64,000 nt of DNA. It comes from an uncultured virus (IMG/VR IMGVR_UViG_2882234885_000002) (Duplodnaviria; Heunggongvirae; Uroviricota; Caudoviricetes). Location: IMG/VR virus record IMGVR_UViG_2882234885_000002; one strand, written 5' to 3'. A program made the translations under genes and the position numbers. The notes under the pieces are model-generated. The model saw nothing but the letters and a program-made list of their open reading frames with translations, was not told where the DNA came from and searched no databases. This document shows positions 36,541 through 46,842 of this stretch, in pieces (within the stretch, counting starts at the first letter, position 1; each line of letters opens with the position of its first letter).

Positions 36541-39033
36541 ATGGCAGACAACCGGGAGCTTACCTTTGGCATGGACTTTGGCCTGGATGACGCGATAAAC
36601 CGCCTGGGCGAGACGATAGACCGCCTGGAGCAGATCGTGGACCGCGCCCAGGACGTTGAGGACGCCGCTCAGGATATGGGCGCTCGCGTCCGCGCCGGTA
36701 CTGACGCGATCAGAGACGGAGCCAGAGATGCAGGCGACGCCCTGGATGACCTGGAGGATGACGCCGACGATGTAGGCACCAGCTTCCGGGATATTGGCAG
36801 AGAGGCGGACAGCTTCGGTGCTGCCGTAGGAAAATCTATGGGCGCTGCGGCCAAAGAGACCAATAGCGTTTCCAAGACCATCAAGGCCGGATTTGACGGG
36901 GCCATAGGCTACTCCCAAAAGAAGTTTTCCGACTTCACCGGCAAGGTGAAGACCGGAGTAAAGGGCATCGGGACCGCGTTCACGCACCCGATAAACACCA
37001 TCCGGGGGAAGTTCTTGAGCGCGGTGGAGGCCGCTGCCGACAGGATTAACAATGTGGGCGATGAGGCCGACGATGCGCGAAAAGACCTGGACGATATGGG
37101 GGATGAGGGCGACAAGGCCGGAGGCGAAATCAAAGAGGCCATCAAGGGCGCCCTCGCCGCCTTTATCGGCTTTGAGGCAATCCAGGCCGGTATTGATATG
37201 CTCAAGGAGCTGGGCGCGGCGGCCATCGAAGCAGCCGGGTCCGCTGAGAATGTGGGCCGGAAGTTTGAGGCCAACTTCTCAGGCACCGACGCCGGGGAGT
37301 GGGCAGAGAACTACGCCGACGCCATCCACCGGAGCAGCGATGAGGTCAAGTCTTTCATGGTGTCCAATAAGGCCCTATACGGGGAAATGGGCATCACCGG
37401 GGACGCGGCCGCAGAGCTGTCCAAGGCCACCACGTCCCTTGCCTATGACTTCGGCAACGCCTTTGCCATGGATGACACCGAGGCCCTGGGCGTGGTCCAG
37501 GACTACATCAGCGGGAACAATGCGGCACTCGAAGAGTACGGCATCCACATTGATGAAGTGGCCCTGAAAAATACCGCGCTCTCAATGGGCCTGGGAGACC
37601 AGATAGACGAAATGGACGATGCTACTCTGGCCCAGGTCCGCATGAATGCCCTGCTGGGGCAGACCGAGAAAATCCAGCAATCGGCGGCCAACAGCACCGG
37701 CGGCCTGGTGAACAGCACCAAAGACCTCAAGGGCATCTGGAGCGAGTTCATGGCCGACGCTGGCAGCCGGTTTACGCCGGTCATCGAAAGCCTGTTCAGC
37801 ACCATCCTGGATAGCTGGCCGACCATAGAGCCGATGCTCATGCAGTTCGTGGATATGCTGAGCAACGGGCTTGCCCAGGCTATGCCGGTCATCACGGAGC
37901 TGGGCATGACCCTGTTGCCCGTCCTAACGGACGTGCTGGGGACCGTGCTCGAGGCCGGCCTCCCACTCTTGCAAGTGTTCGGAGACCTGGCGCAGACCAT
38001 CCTACCGCCTGTGGCGGACATCATAGGCATGATAGCCGAGACCGTCATGCCGCCCCTGGTGGACATCCTGAACACCCTAAATACCTCCATCATTCAGCCC
38101 CTTGTGCCGGTCATTCAAAAGCTGGCCGAGGCGCTGCTACCGCCCATTGCGCAACTGCTGGGCCTGATCTCCCCCATCCTGGAGGCCGTAAGCCCTGTGC
38201 TTGAGGTCATCGGAGATGTCCTGGGCGTCATCGCTGAGGTCCTGGGCAAAGTGGTAGGCTGGCTGGCCGACGGCGTGGGCAAGGTCGTAGGCTTCTTCTC
38301 TAACCTGTTCGGCGGAGCCAAGGACAGCGAAGAGGCGGTAAACGACCTGAGCGGGTCCATCAATGGCCTTGATGACGCCGCGAGCAAGGAGACTTCCCTT
38401 GTGGTCGATACGTCGCAGTACAAGGAGGAAGTCACCGGAGCAGCGGAGACCACCACCGAGGCCGTCACCGAAAGCTCCAACCAGGCCGCCGAGATAACCG
38501 ACGTAAATTTCATGGCTATGGGCGCGTCCGCTACGGCGGCCTATGGGACCATGCAGACCGACGCGGAGACGGCCTGGAGCGCCATGCAGACCGCAGCCAC
38601 CACAGGCACGGACGCCATCGTCGCACAGTTTTCCCGTATCACGGCGGCGGCCCGTGAAGCGAGCAACGCCTCCAATGTCCAGATAGGAGCGAGCATCCCG
38701 CACAACGCCGGAGGCACGGATAACTTTGAGGGCGGTCCCACGTGGATGAACGAAGAGGGCGGCGAGCTTGCCATCCTCCCCGGCGGCTCTGCCATCATTC
38801 CGGCGGACCAGACTGACCGCCTGATGAAATCCTACACCAACAACACGACCAACAACCGAAGCAGCCGGAGCGTCAGCTTTGCCCCCAGCGTCCAAATCAC
38901 GATTGCGGGTAATGCCGACAGCTCCACCGTTGCCAACCTGAAAGAGCAGCTTCGCGCCCTGTTCGATGAGCTTTACCAAGAGGCCCAGGCCCAGGACTAC
39001 ACGGACCGCGCTATGCAGGCTGGCTTTGCATAA
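36541..39033 (+). CDS. Tape measure protein
   Basis: Long Ala/Gly-rich helical protein with periodic Pro/Leu repeats; HNAGGTDNFEGG...EEGGEL C-terminus. Confidence 0.9.
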   Translation: MADNRELTFGMDFGLDDAINRLGETIDRLEQIVDRAQDVEDAAQDMGARVRAGTDAIRDGARDAGDALDDLEDDADDVGTSFRDIGREADSFGAAVGKSMGAAAKETNSVSKTIKAGFDGAIGYSQKKFSDFTGKVKTGVKGIGTAFTHPINTIRGKFLSAVEAAADRINNVGDEADDARKDLDDMGDEGDKAGGEIKEAIKGALAAFIGFEAIQAGIDMLKELGAAAIEAAGSAENVGRKFEANFSGTDAGEWAENYADAIHRSSDEVKSFMVSNKALYGEMGITGDAAAELSKATTSLAYDFGNAFAMDDTEALGVVQDYISGNNAALEEYGIHIDEVALKNTALSMGLGDQIDEMDDATLAQVRMNALLGQTEKIQQSAANSTGGLVNSTKDLKGIWSEFMADAGSRFTPVIESLFSTILDSWPTIEPMLMQFVDMLSNGLAQAMPVITELGMTLLPVLTDVLGTVLEAGLPLLQVFGDLAQTILPPVADIIGMIAETVMPPLVDILNTLNTSIIQPLVPVIQKLAEALLPPIAQLLGLISPILEAVSPVLEVIGDVLGVIAEVLGKVVGWLADGVGKVVGFFSNLFGGAKDSEEAVNDLSGSINGLDDAASKETSLVVDTSQYKEEVTGAAETTTEAVTESSNQAAEITDVNFMAMGASATAAYGTMQTDAETAWSAMQTAATTGTDAIVAQFSRITAAAREASNASNVQIGASIPHNAGGTDNFEGGPTWMNEEGGELAILPGGSAIIPADQTDRLMKSYTNNTTNNRSSRSVSFAPSVQITIAGNADSSTVANLKEQLRALFDELYQEAQAQDYTDRAMQAGFA

Positions 39034-39045
39034 GGGGGTGCTACT

Positions 39046-39672
39046 ATCTACACACTTGAGGGAAGAAAATGCGGAGTGGTCCGCTTCGAGCCTCTGACTA
39101 CCGGCGTAGTGACCTCCGAGAGCGTGAGCCGGAGCAGCACGATCACCGATAACCCGGTTGAGGGCGGCTCCAATATCCAAGACCATGTTTTTACTCAGCC
39201 GTTGAGCTTCCAGATCAGCGGGACGGCCATCAATGGCGCGGACACCATCGCCGCCCTGCAAAAGATGTGGAAGAGCGGCGACATCATCACCTACACCGGG
39301 AGGAACCGCATCAGCAACCTTGTCATCCAGCAGCTCCAGAGCACCCACGACGCCAAGAACCGTGGGGGCTTCACGTTTACGGCCACCCTAAAGCAAGTCA
39401 CCCTGGGTAGCTCCGTGGACAGTGGAACGGCCTCTACTATGGCCGGTATGGACGCTGCGGCCTCCGCGTCACAGCCCAAGGCAACCACCAAGGCGGCGCA
39501 GAAGTCTTCCTCCCAAACCTCCAGCACTAAGGCGGACGGCCTGAAAACCACCGTCTCCACCACGATTTCATCCAGCGCCTATATGTCCTATGTAAACAGC
39601 TTCAACAGCAAGCCGAAGAGTAGCGCGGGGCCAACGTCCCGCGCTACTCCCAGCAACACCGGGAGGAGGTAA
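39046..39672 (+). CDS. Baseplate/tube initiator protein
   Basis: SSTITDNPVEGGSNIQDHV motif; the RBS fits an in-frame ATC at 39046 (GTG at 39076 is the alternative). Confidence 0.75.
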   Translation: MYTLEGRKCGVVRFEPLTTGVVTSESVSRSSTITDNPVEGGSNIQDHVFTQPLSFQISGTAINGADTIAALQKMWKSGDIITYTGRNRISNLVIQQLQSTHDAKNRGGFTFTATLKQVTLGSSVDSGTASTMAGMDAAASASQPKATTKAAQKSSSQTSSTKADGLKTTVSTTISSSAYMSYVNSFNSKPKSSAGPTSRATPSNTGRR

Positions 39673-39678
39673 CGGACC

Positions 39679-40035
39679 ATGCAGCTTATTGACCTTGGGC
39701 AAGAGGTTGAGTATATCGACATCGACGTGAGCAAGGTCCCCTACACCTTTTCCGTGAAACTCAGCGACAAGACCTATTCCTTTACCATCCGGTACAACGA
39801 CACCGGCGGTTTCTTTACCCTGGACCTGTCTGTGACGGCCACCGGCGAAGTGCTTGCCTACGGAGACCCCATCCGCTACGGGCGGCCACTGTTCGGCCCC
39901 ATTGAGGATGAGCGCTTTCCTTTGCCGGTCATCATTCCCTTGTGCCTCACGGGGGACGATGTGGACGCCGTGACGTGGGAGAACCTGGGGGAAGAGGTCA
40001 AGCTCTATCTCTTCGACAGGGAGGGAACGGAATGA
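39679..40035 (+). CDS. Baseplate plug-like protein
   Basis: YSFTIRYNDTGGFFTLDL...VTWENLGEEVKLY. Confidence 0.7.
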   Translation: MQLIDLGQEVEYIDIDVSKVPYTFSVKLSDKTYSFTIRYNDTGGFFTLDLSVTATGEVLAYGDPIRYGRPLFGPIEDERFPLPVIIPLCLTGDDVDAVTWENLGEEVKLYLFDREGTE

Positions 40036-40877
40036 GCTTCTGGATGAGAGAGGCCAGTCTCCAGATTGGGAGCAAGAAGTACAGTATGGACAATCTGTAC
40101 TTTGAGTTTGAGGTCCCCTTTGAGGACAGCGACACCATCCAGACGGCCAAATTCAAAGCCTACAACCTGTCTGAGAGCACCCGAAAGGGTATCAAGCGCG
40201 GGGACGTTATCATCCTCAACGCAGGCTACGAGGGCGACGTGGGGGCTATCTTCGTCGGCCAAGTGAGCGCTTGCAGCCACAAGCACCAAAATACCGAGTG
40301 GATCACCGAAATCTCAGCAACCGCCGCTATGGACCAATGGCTCAACTCCAAGGTCTCCAAGACCTATGCCAAGGGCAGCACGGCGAAAGAGATTGTCTCC
40401 GATCTGCTCAATATCTTTGGGGTTGAAATCGGGGATTTTTCCCTCGCCACGAACAAGGTCTATGACCGGGGGCTGGTGTGCAACGGCAAGGTAAAGGACG
40501 AACTCAAGCGCATTGTGGTGAACGACTGCAAGAGCCGGTTCCTTATACGCAACGGGAGCGTCTTCATCAATGACCCGACTAAGGGCATCGCAAATGGCCT
40601 TGTCCTTACCCCTCAGAGCGGCTTGCTGCTGTCCGGGAATGAGGTTGAGGAAACCGTCATAGCCGTGGGCAGCGACAGCCAGAAAAGCAGCGCCACCAAG
40701 AGCGGAGAGGGCAACTATGTGACCCGTGAGTGCCTGCTCAATTACCACATCGGACCGGCTGAGCAAGTTGTCATCCAGTCTCATAGCCTCAACGGGCGCT
40801 TCATCGTTGCCAAGGGGAAGCACACCGGCACACCGAAAGGCAACTGGAAAACCACCATCGAAATGAAACCGGCGTAA
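40032..40877 (+). CDS. Baseplate hub protein
   Basis: FEFEVPF..S...AKFKAYNLS...ILNAGYEGDVGAIFVG; L.PQSGLL. Confidence 0.8.
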   Translation: MSFWMREASLQIGSKKYSMDNLYFEFEVPFEDSDTIQTAKFKAYNLSESTRKGIKRGDVIILNAGYEGDVGAIFVGQVSACSHKHQNTEWITEISATAAMDQWLNSKVSKTYAKGSTAKEIVSDLLNIFGVEIGDFSLATNKVYDRGLVCNGKVKDELKRIVVNDCKSRFLIRNGSVFINDPTKGIANGLVLTPQSGLLLSGNEVEETVIAVGSDSQKSSATKSGEGNYVTRECLLNYHIGPAEQVVIQSHSLNGRFIVAKGKHTGTPKGNWKTTIEMKPA

Positions 40878-40892
40878 AGGAGGGACCTTACC

Positions 40893-41429
40893 ATGCCGAG
40901 ACAAAACCGAAAGCAAGCCTATGAGGACGCCAAGAAACAGGCGGACGCGGCGGGCCTTTGCGTTGCGGACGTTGTAAAGGTCCTTGCCTTTGACGAGGCG
41001 GCCTTGACCGTCGATGTTCAGCCGATCACCCGTTATCCCGACGAAGACACATTCCAGACCAAGCCGCCGGTCCTGGCCGTCCCCGTGGCTACCATCTACG
41101 GGGGCGGCTTTGTCATCCGTCCTGTCTACAAGGCCGGGGACATCGGCGTGGTGGTCTACCTGGACCGGGACAGTGACGCCGTTATCGCTGGAGGTGCGGA
41201 GGCAGACCCCAACACCGAGCGCCTGCACAGCGGGGATGATGCTGTCTTTGTGGGCGGCATCCGCACCGGCGGCAACTCCATATCCGGCCTCCCCGCCGGG
41301 TCCCTGAGCCTGGGGACATCCGACGGCGGCGTGTACCTGTCCATCTCGCCAAGCGGCATCGACATCAAGGGGAATGTGACCATCACCGGGGACCTGACCG
41401 TTACTGGCGGCGTGGTCAACCTGAACTGA
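40893..41429 (+). CDS. Gp138-like baseplate spike
   Basis: VDVQP...VPV...GGGF...P..GDIG.VVYLDRD.D...RLHS..DAVF. Confidence 0.8.
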   Translation: MPRQNRKQAYEDAKKQADAAGLCVADVVKVLAFDEAALTVDVQPITRYPDEDTFQTKPPVLAVPVATIYGGGFVIRPVYKAGDIGVVVYLDRDSDAVIAGGAEADPNTERLHSGDDAVFVGGIRTGGNSISGLPAGSLSLGTSDGGVYLSISPSGIDIKGNVTITGDLTVTGGVVNLN

Positions 41430-41443
41430 GGGAGGTATGCGCT

Positions 41444-41782
41444 ATGCCTGGAGCTGCACGGCAAGGGGACGCCATACAAGGCACCACAGCGGGGGAGCAC
41501 AACGGACACGCCACCCCGCACGGTCCCCTCCCTATCACGGGAACGATCTCCGGTGGGTGCTCCGGGGACGTTTTCATCAACGGGCGACCGGCGGCCTATG
41601 TCGGAAGCACCACAACCGAAAATGACGCCTGCTGCGGGAGCAGCCAAGGGAGCATCGCCCAGGGCAGCAGCAGCGTCTTCATCAACGGAAAACCCGCCGC
41701 CCGTATCGGGGACACCCTGGCCGCCCACAATGGCACCGGGGCCGTCTCTGATGGCAGCGGGGACGTTCTGATCGGAGGGTGA
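41444..41782 (+). CDS. PAAR-domain spike tip protein
   Basis: AARQGD, VFINGRPAAYVG, VFINGKPAARIGD. Confidence 0.92.
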   Translation: MPGAARQGDAIQGTTAGEHNGHATPHGPLPITGTISGGCSGDVFINGRPAAYVGSTTTENDACCGSSQGSIAQGSSSVFINGKPAARIGDTLAAHNGTGAVSDGSGDVLIGG

Positions 41783-41785
41783 GAT

Positions 41786-42160
41786 ATGCAAGATAACTGG
41801 ACCCTTAAAATTGACCCCGAAAGCAGAGACCTCATCCTCGATGACGCCGGAGCGCTGGAGACCATATCGGGCGATGAAACCACCGCCCAGGCCGTCCGGC
41901 TGACGCTGGAGGTCTACCGAGGGGAGTTCCCCTTTGACCCCACCCACGGCACGGAGTATGAGCGCATCATGGGCAAGAAGCGGAGCGAGCTGGAGGATGA
42001 CGAAATCCCGGAGGTAATTCGGGACGCCGTCTTCCAGGAGCCACAGGTTGCCGAAGTGAGCGCCGTGGACTATGAGCTTGTGGGCCGGGGCCTGGAGGTC
42101 TCTGTGACTGGCCGCCTCCAGAGCGGCAATACCATCACTACGGAGGTGAGCACAGCATGA
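41786..42160 (+). CDS. Baseplate gp25/DUF2634-like sheath initiator
   Basis: QAVRLTL..YRGEFPFDPTHGTEY. Confidence 0.75.
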   Translation: MQDNWTLKIDPESRDLILDDAGALETISGDETTAQAVRLTLEVYRGEFPFDPTHGTEYERIMGKKRSELEDDEIPEVIRDAVFQEPQVAEVSAVDYELVGRGLEVSVTGRLQSGNTITTEVSTA

Positions 42161-43344
42161 GCAATCAAGAATGGGGCGTGACCGAGCGCGGCTTCCACCG
42201 GCCTACTTACGTAGAGCTTCTGGACGCCATCGAGTACAAGGCGCGGGAGCTGTTCGGGAGCAAGGCCAACCTGACCGTCCGGTCCCCCCTGGGCATCTTC
42301 CTACGGATTTTCGCATGGATGCTGAACATCCTGTTCAGCCTCATGGAAGATGTCTACAATAGCCGTTTCGTTGATACGGCGGTAGGGACCAGCCTCTACA
42401 ACCTGGGGAAAGCTATCGGCTTGTCCCTGCTTCCCGCGCAAAAGGCGTCCGGCTACGTCGAGTTCACCGGCGCCGCCGGTACTCCTATCCCCGTGGGCTT
42501 CCTGGTCCGCACCGTGGCCGGATTGCAGTATGCAGTCCTGGCCGCCGGCCGCATCGACGATACCGGGAAAGTCACGTTGCCGGTCCAGGCCGTTGAGACC
42601 GGAGCGGACTACAACGTGGCCGCCGAGACGGTCAAGGAAATCACAAACCCCATGGACGGCGTGAGCGCCTGCACGAACCCGGCAGCCATCGACGGCGGGC
42701 GGGGCCGGGAAACCGATGAAGAGTTCCGGGACCGCTATTATCAGTCCGTGGACTATGCGGGCGGCGTCAACGCGGACGCCATCGCCGGTGAAATCATGCA
42801 GAACGTGGACGCGGTTTACTCCGCGATCTGCTACGAGAACGACACCGACGAAACCGACGCCCTGGGCCTCCCCCCGCACAGCATTGAGGCCATCGTCTAC
42901 GGCGGCCTGGACGCCGACATCGCGCAGGCCATCTTCCGGCGCAAGGCGGCGGGCATCCAGACCTCCGGCAGCTCTTCTATCGCCGTCATCGCCAAGAGCG
43001 GACAGAGCATCAATATCAAGTTTTCCAGGCCGACCACCGTTGCCGTGTATATTCAAATCAAGAACCTGGAGACCAACAGCGACTTTCCGGGCGATGGGCA
43101 GGACCGCATCAAGGAGGCCCTGGTGGAGTACATCGGCGGCGATGTGAGGGGCGGCCTGACTATCGGCTCGGACGTTCTCTATATGGCCTTGCCCGGTGTC
43201 ATCCTGTCTGTCCCCGGTGTGGTGGACTTCGACCTGGGCATCAGCGAGACCGCCAGTGACTACGGGGAAGAGAACATCGTCATTGACACCAGGGAAAAGG
43301 CCGTGACCTCGACCGACAAAATCACCATTGCGGAGGTGAGCTGA
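42157..43344 (+). CDS. Baseplate J/gp47-family protein
   Basis: GGRGRETDEEFRDR, ENDT..TDALGLPPHSIEAIVYGG. Confidence 0.9.
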   Translation: MSNQEWGVTERGFHRPTYVELLDAIEYKARELFGSKANLTVRSPLGIFLRIFAWMLNILFSLMEDVYNSRFVDTAVGTSLYNLGKAIGLSLLPAQKASGYVEFTGAAGTPIPVGFLVRTVAGLQYAVLAAGRIDDTGKVTLPVQAVETGADYNVAAETVKEITNPMDGVSACTNPAAIDGGRGRETDEEFRDRYYQSVDYAGGVNADAIAGEIMQNVDAVYSAICYENDTDETDALGLPPHSIEAIVYGGLDADIAQAIFRRKAAGIQTSGSSSIAVIAKSGQSINIKFSRPTTVAVYIQIKNLETNSDFPGDGQDRIKEALVEYIGGDVRGGLTIGSDVLYMALPGVILSVPGVVDFDLGISETASDYGEENIVIDTREKAVTSTDKITIAEVS

Positions 43345-44033
43345 TGAGCTACGGCTACCTGTCTCAAATGCTGGAGTATCTGACCGGGGCTTATGCCCGG
43401 TCGGACATCCGCAACAGCCGACACAGCCTCCCCATGGAGACGAACATCGGGCGCTTATTCGGGACCCTTGCCTGGGGCCTTGAAATCATCCACGAGAACG
43501 CGGACCGGCTCAAGCTATGGGATGACATAGACAATGCCAGAGGGTCCGTCCTGGACCGCTACGGGGCCAATTTCGGCGTCGCTCGCGGTGGAGCGGACGA
43601 TACCTTTTACCGCCTGCTCATCAAAATCAAGATGATTGCGCTGCTTTCCGGCGGTGACATCGACACCATCATCTCCGCTGCGGCCTCGCTCTTCAACGTG
43701 GACGTATCGGAGATAGAGGTCCGAGAGCTGTTTCCGGCGAAAATCTGGATTTATGTCGATGAAGCTGTCCTGGACTATGAGCGCCTGGAGGCCGCGCCCC
43801 TGATAGCGGAGCTGATGAAGCGCATCGCGGCGGCAGGCGTCGGGACCCGTGTTTTCCTGCGGACCTACCACACAGCACGGTCCCGGAGCTATTACGCGGT
43901 CCCGGCGCTGATCTACAACGAGATTGAGGCGAAACCCCGGACAACCCCATTCCGCACGGCAACCTCCCGCAGCTATGTGGGCCTGGCCGTGTGGGAGGAC
44001 GTGTCGATAACTGCATCTATGAAAGCGAGGTAA
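43344..44033 (+). CDS. Baseplate wedge protein
   Basis: DIDNARGSVLDRYGANFGVARGGADDTFYRLLIK. Confidence 0.75.
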   Translation: MSYGYLSQMLEYLTGAYARSDIRNSRHSLPMETNIGRLFGTLAWGLEIIHENADRLKLWDDIDNARGSVLDRYGANFGVARGGADDTFYRLLIKIKMIALLSGGDIDTIISAAASLFNVDVSEIEVRELFPAKIWIYVDEAVLDYERLEAAPLIAELMKRIAAAGVGTRVFLRTYHTARSRSYYAVPALIYNEIEAKPRTTPFRTATSRSYVGLAVWEDVSITASMKAR

Positions 44034-44037
44034 TACC

Positions 44038-44766
44038 ATGCCAAACAGAGAAATCCTGGCCTCTCCTGACATCGCGGAGAGCGAAGAGGGCGCGGTGCTG
44101 CTCAACAGCGGCTACACCGCCCTGGGCAAAGTCATGGCCGGGAGCGGCGGCATCCAGTTCACAAAAGCGGAGCTGGACAGCGGCGATCTCCCGGAGGGAA
44201 CGGCGGTTGAGGACCTGACCGCCCCGGTTGAATATGCCGGAGACGCCATGATTGCCAAGTGCGAGAACACCGGCACCGGCGAGGCTACGGTGGTGGTCCA
44301 GGCTACCAGCGTGGGCGTCGAGACCGGCTTCTACGTCAAAGGCGTCATGCTCTACATCAAGGACCCGGAGGGCGATGGAGACGTTGCCTATTCCTATCTT
44401 CCCCTCCAGAGCAAGCCGGAGTGGATGAGGCCCCAGGGCAGCCCGGTAAACAAGATGGTGACTTTCAACATCATCAACATTGTGGGCGCGGCGGCGAGCG
44501 TTTCGGCCATCATTGACCCGGACGCCCTGGCCCGCGTGGTGGACCTGGAAAAGTATGCGCTCCTGGGCCACAGCCATGAAATCAGCGACGTTTCCGGCCT
44601 CGCCAACACCCTGAGCGACCATGCGGCCGCAATCGACCTACTCAACGATCTGGTGTCCGGCGATATGCCCGGAGGCATCAACAAGACCGCCGACTTTGCC
44701 ACCCTCGCCGGTATCGCCATGCGCGACGGAGTTTGGAGCCAGACCGGACGCTCCATCACAGCATGA
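44038..44766 (+). CDS. Tail fibre/collar proximal protein
   Basis: IQFTKAELDSG...GFYVKGVMLYIKDP..G.VAYSY; HSHEISDVSGL repeat. Confidence 0.7.
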   Translation: MPNREILASPDIAESEEGAVLLNSGYTALGKVMAGSGGIQFTKAELDSGDLPEGTAVEDLTAPVEYAGDAMIAKCENTGTGEATVVVQATSVGVETGFYVKGVMLYIKDPEGDGDVAYSYLPLQSKPEWMRPQGSPVNKMVTFNIINIVGAAASVSAIIDPDALARVVDLEKYALLGHSHEISDVSGLANTLSDHAAAIDLLNDLVSGDMPGGINKTADFATLAGIAMRDGVWSQTGRSITA

Positions 44767-45041
44767 CGGGGCTACTTTGCAGCCCCGAAGAGGCGAGCTG
44801 TCTTATTCCGAACCTTATCGCAGAGCTGGAGACCCCTTGCCCCTGCGAGGGCCTGGAGGGGCTTGTGCTCTGCGGTTTGGGATATAAAGGCCAGAGGGTC
44901 ACTATCCGCGTCCGGCCCGGCGTCCTCGAAGTGGACGGCGTACCGGCTGATGAGCTGGAGGCCCTGCGTGAAAGGAGGTGTCCTGTTTGCAGAACCGGCA
45001 CGGTGAACTCACCATCATCTGCAAGGCAAAAGACCTGGTAA
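44763..45041 (+). CDS. Hypothetical protein
   Basis: ATG overlaps the previous stop; 3' end overlaps avd. Confidence 0.4.
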   Translation: MTGLLCSPEEASCLIPNLIAELETPCPCEGLEGLVLCGLGYKGQRVTIRVRPGVLEVDGVPADELEALRERRCPVCRTGTVNSPSSARQKTW

Positions 45042-45406
45042 ACCATACCTTGCAGCTCACGAACAACACTAAGCTGTTCCCTAAAAAGGTGCGCTTCACC
45101 CTCTGCCAGAGGATGCAGAACCTCTCAATCCAAATCCTGCATGACATCATAGCGGCCAACGAGATATACCCTCGGACCGTCGCTGAGATGAACACGCGCC
45201 TTGACCTCCAGAAAGAGGTCTTGACCAACTGCAAGGTCTTCCTGAACTTCCTGGATATAGCTCTGGAGCAGGGGTATATCGACATCAGGCGGTGTGAATA
45301 TTGGACGGGCCTCACCACCGACGTAAAGAACCTTGCCGCGTCGTGGCGTAAAAAGGACGCCGAGCGCTTCCGGCAGCAAGTTCAGACCGGCGGCGCACGG
45401 CGATGA
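44987..45406 (+). CDS. avd: DGR accessory variability determinant (Avd-like four-helix bundle)
   Basis: FPKKVRFTLCQRMQNLSIQILHDIIAANE...RLDLQ..; basic protein directly upstream of TR and RT; TTG start with AGGAGG. Confidence 0.88.
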   Translation: MQNRHGELTIICKAKDLVNHTLQLTNNTKLFPKKVRFTLCQRMQNLSIQILHDIIAANEIYPRTVAEMNTRLDLQKEVLTNCKVFLNFLDIALEQGYIDIRRCEYWTGLTTDVKNLAASWRKKDAERFRQQVQTGGARR

Positions 45407-45458
45407 TTTGAGAGGCCGCGGGTGCGTCCTGTACGTGCATCCCCCTGGGTGTGCCTTG

Positions 45459-45566
45459 TCCGCTCCCCGAATTCGTCGAACGCGAACAACGTGCGCTACG
45501 TGAACTCGGACGGGAGCCTCAACAACAACAACGCGTACAACGGCAACAGGGGTGTGCGCCCGGCTT
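45459..45566 (+). repeat. DGR template region (TR)
   Basis: AAC-rich 108-bp intergenic copy of VR1/VR2; differences occur only at its adenines. Confidence 0.97.
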
Positions 45567-45735
45567 CGGTGGAATACCGTGACCGAGTAACCCGAAAGGG
45601 AGAAAGCAGAAGCCCACCATCAAAGGAGGACGTATCCGGTCCCGGCCTGACAGGGCAGGGATAAACACATAGCGCCGACGCGCTGAGGCTCGCCCATTGG
45701 AGCTTCGGCGCTACCAGCGGCGCAAGGAGCCTATT

Positions 45736-46842
45736 ATGGAACAGAATTTTGAAGTCGTTTATGACTTCGCTAATCTCTATGCGGCGTATCGGGCAACCAG
45801 GAAAGGCAAGCGATGGAAAGACTCCGTTGCCAAAGTGGAGCTGAACACTCTGGAGGCGATCACCGTCCTGCAAGCTGAGCTGCGGGACGGTCTCTACAAG
45901 CCTGGAAATTACCATGAGTTCTACGTCTTTGAGCCAAAGCGACGCCTCATCCAGACGAACAGCGTCAAGGACAAAATCGTGCAACACGCCTTTTGCGACA
46001 ACATCCTTTACCCCGTCCTGAGCCGCCCCTTTATCCTGGATAACTACGGGAGCCAAGTCGGAAAGGGAACCCACTTCGGCCTCGACCGCCTCCGTGACTT
46101 CATGCGGGAGTATTACCGGAAGCACGGGAGCGCCGACGGCTGGGTCCTGAAAGCGGATGTCCGGCACTACTTCGCCAGCATCCGGCACGACATTCTCAAG
46201 CGAGATGTCAATAAGCTGCTCACAGACCCACGGAGCCGGGCCTTGTCCGACGCTATCATAGATAGCACCCCTGGTAATGTCGGCATCCCCATAGGCAATC
46301 AATCGTCCCAGGTGTACGCCCTATTGTATCTGAATGAACTCGACCACTACGTCAAAGAAGTCCTCCGAATGCGGTACTATGGCCGCTACATGGATGATTT
46401 TTATATCATCTGCGAGAGCAAGGAGGCGCTTCGTGAAGCGTGGAGGAAAGTCGAGCAGTTCTTGACCCCGAGAGGTCTTGAGCTAAACCAGAAGACACAG
46501 ATCTTCCCCTTGCGGAACGGCCTGGACTTTTTGGGCTTCCACACATACCTGACCGACACCGGAAAGGTAATACGGAAAGTTAGGCGTTCCAGCAAAGACC
46601 GTATGAGGCGCAAGCTGCGGAAATACGCGGTGATGTATGAAAACGGCGCTATGACCCGGAAGCAGATTGAAGAGAGCTACCAGAGCTGGAGGTCTCATGC
46701 TTCCCACGGCCAATGCCGGGAACTCATCACCAAGTACGACGCGGTTTGCGCCTCCATCTTTGAAAGGAGTGTAAAGTCAAACCATGCCGCAGAAAATCAG
46801 CGCCCTACCCGTAAAGGCGAAAGTGCGGGACGCAAAGACTAA
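45736..46842 (+). CDS. DGR reverse transcriptase
   Basis: EPKRRLI, DKIVQHA, GKGTH, VLKADVRHYFASI, GIPIGNQSSQ, YGRYMDDF, LDFLGF; ATG at 45736 with AAGGAG. Confidence 0.97.
   Translation: MEQNFEVVYDFANLYAAYRATRKGKRWKDSVAKVELNTLEAITVLQAELRDGLYKPGNYHEFYVFEPKRRLIQTNSVKDKIVQHAFCDNILYPVLSRPFILDNYGSQVGKGTHFGLDRLRDFMREYYRKHGSADGWVLKADVRHYFASIRHDILKRDVNKLLTDPRSRALSDAIIDSTPGNVGIPIGNQSSQVYALLYLNELDHYVKEVLRMRYYGRYMDDFYIICESKEALREAWRKVEQFLTPRGLELNQKTQIFPLRNGLDFLGFHTYLTDTGKVIRKVRRSSKDRMRRKLRKYAVMYENGAMTRKQIEESYQSWRSHASHGQCRELITKYDAVCASIFERSVKSNHAAENQRPTRKGESAGRKD

Noticed and set aside
41444..41782. PAAR, sheath and baseplate as a T6SS or tailocin
   Set aside because: Capsid, portal and terminase are present, so this is a myovirus tail
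45422..45664. 80-aa ORF spanning the TR (RSPNSSNANNVRYVN...)
   Set aside because: It is the template region read in the VR frame; there is no convincing RBS, and the TR functions as RNA
45736..46842. RT as a group II intron, retron or Abi RT
   Set aside because: No maturase/endonuclease domain is visible; flanking avd and a TR/VR pair with adenine-only mismatches identify a DGR
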